A stretch of 32,000 bases of DNA from Patescibacteria group bacterium. GTDB taxonomy: Bacteria > Patescibacteriota > Minisyncoccia > UBA6257 > HR35. Each line of letters begins with the position of its first letter. The stretch's first letter is position 1. The DNA is taken from contig JAUQQN010000004.1 of assembly GCA_030549845.1 (NCBI GenBank), positions 6,760-38,759 of the forward strand, written 5' to 3'. Shown piece after piece: positions 31,883 to 32,000 of this stretch. Below the pieces are notes generated by a model. That model did no database searches and was not told where the DNA came from. It was given only the letters and a program-made list of their open reading frames with translations. The position numbers and the translations under genes are program-made.

Positions 31883-31954
31883 TGGGTGCGCCAGGGATCG
31901 AACCTGGGACCTCTGTCTTATCAGGACAGCGCTCTACCACTGAGCTACGCACCC
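31883..31954 (-). tRNA. tRNA-Ile (anticodon GAU); no encoded CCA
   Basis: The reverse complement is GGGTGCG-TA-GCTC-AGTGGTA-GAGC-G-CTGTC-CTGATAA-GACAG-AGGTC-CCAGG-TTCGATC-CCTGG-CGCACCC-A. It folds as a cloverleaf with anticodon loop CU-GAU-AA. Confidence 0.9.
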
Positions 31955-32000
31955 TTAATTAAAATTATAAAAAATTTTAAGCCTCATTGCATCATGAAGT

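Noticed and set aside
31872-31952. The ORF track extends adk to 31952 (MRSSVVERCPDKTEVPGSIPGAPISTN...).
   Set aside because: The extension is a read-through of tRNA-Ile (31883..31954). The P-loop-proximal ATG at 31871 is the sensible start.
1-32000. A search for CRISPR arrays, integrases or transposases, phage genes, toxin-antitoxin pairs, restriction-modification systems or other defence islands.
   Set aside because: There are no regularly spaced direct repeats and no recombinase-like ORFs. The window is almost entirely conserved housekeeping genes. The only candidates for accessory functions are listed as findings.

Overview
This is an AT-rich, gene-dense bacterial chromosome segment. It uses the standard genetic code: long ORFs are uninterrupted and TAA/TGA/TAG act as stops. 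Almost everything is housekeeping. On the minus strand I see a heat-shock operon (hsp20-hrcA-grpE-dnaK) behind a CIRCE operator. Peptidoglycan and division genes are present (murA, mraY, a PBP5-type carboxypeptidase, murG, ftsW). There are ribosomal protein genes (L21, S9, L13) and a truncated rimP. Also present are dnaG-rpoD-dnaX, miaA, thrS, lepA, map and adk, and four tRNAs (His-GUG, Lys-CUU, Pro-GGG, Ile-GAU), none with an encoded CCA. The small or truncated proteins, overlapping genes, weak Shine-Dalgarno (SD) usage and a pilin-fusion protein fit a reduced-genome lineage such as Patescibacteria/CPR. That taxonomic call is inference only. No CRISPR array, transposase, integrase or rRNA is visible. 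The items most worth a second look are listed here.
(1) A GC-rich, hairpin-dense island at about 23.96-24.19 kb carries a consensus sigma-70 promoter, a perfect SD, a 35-codon CxxC..CxxC mini-ORF and a terminator, just upstream of the thrS operon.
(2) An exact 60-bp direct repeat duplicates the grpE-stop/dnaK-start junction and creates a chimeric 91-codon ORF inside the heat-shock operon.
(3) A type IV pilin-like N-terminus is fused to a seven-repeat beta-propeller body that contains near-identical internal DNA repeats.
(4) A eukaryote-type (GT3) glycogen synthase sits next to a GDE-type (alpha/alpha)6 glucosidase-like gene.
(5) An orphan 304-aa protein has motifs reminiscent of the DarT/Tpt1-type ADP-ribosyltransferase fold.
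(6) MurA carries Asp in place of the fosfomycin-target Cys.
All functional calls rest on motifs I recognised by eye in the supplied translations. No database search was run.
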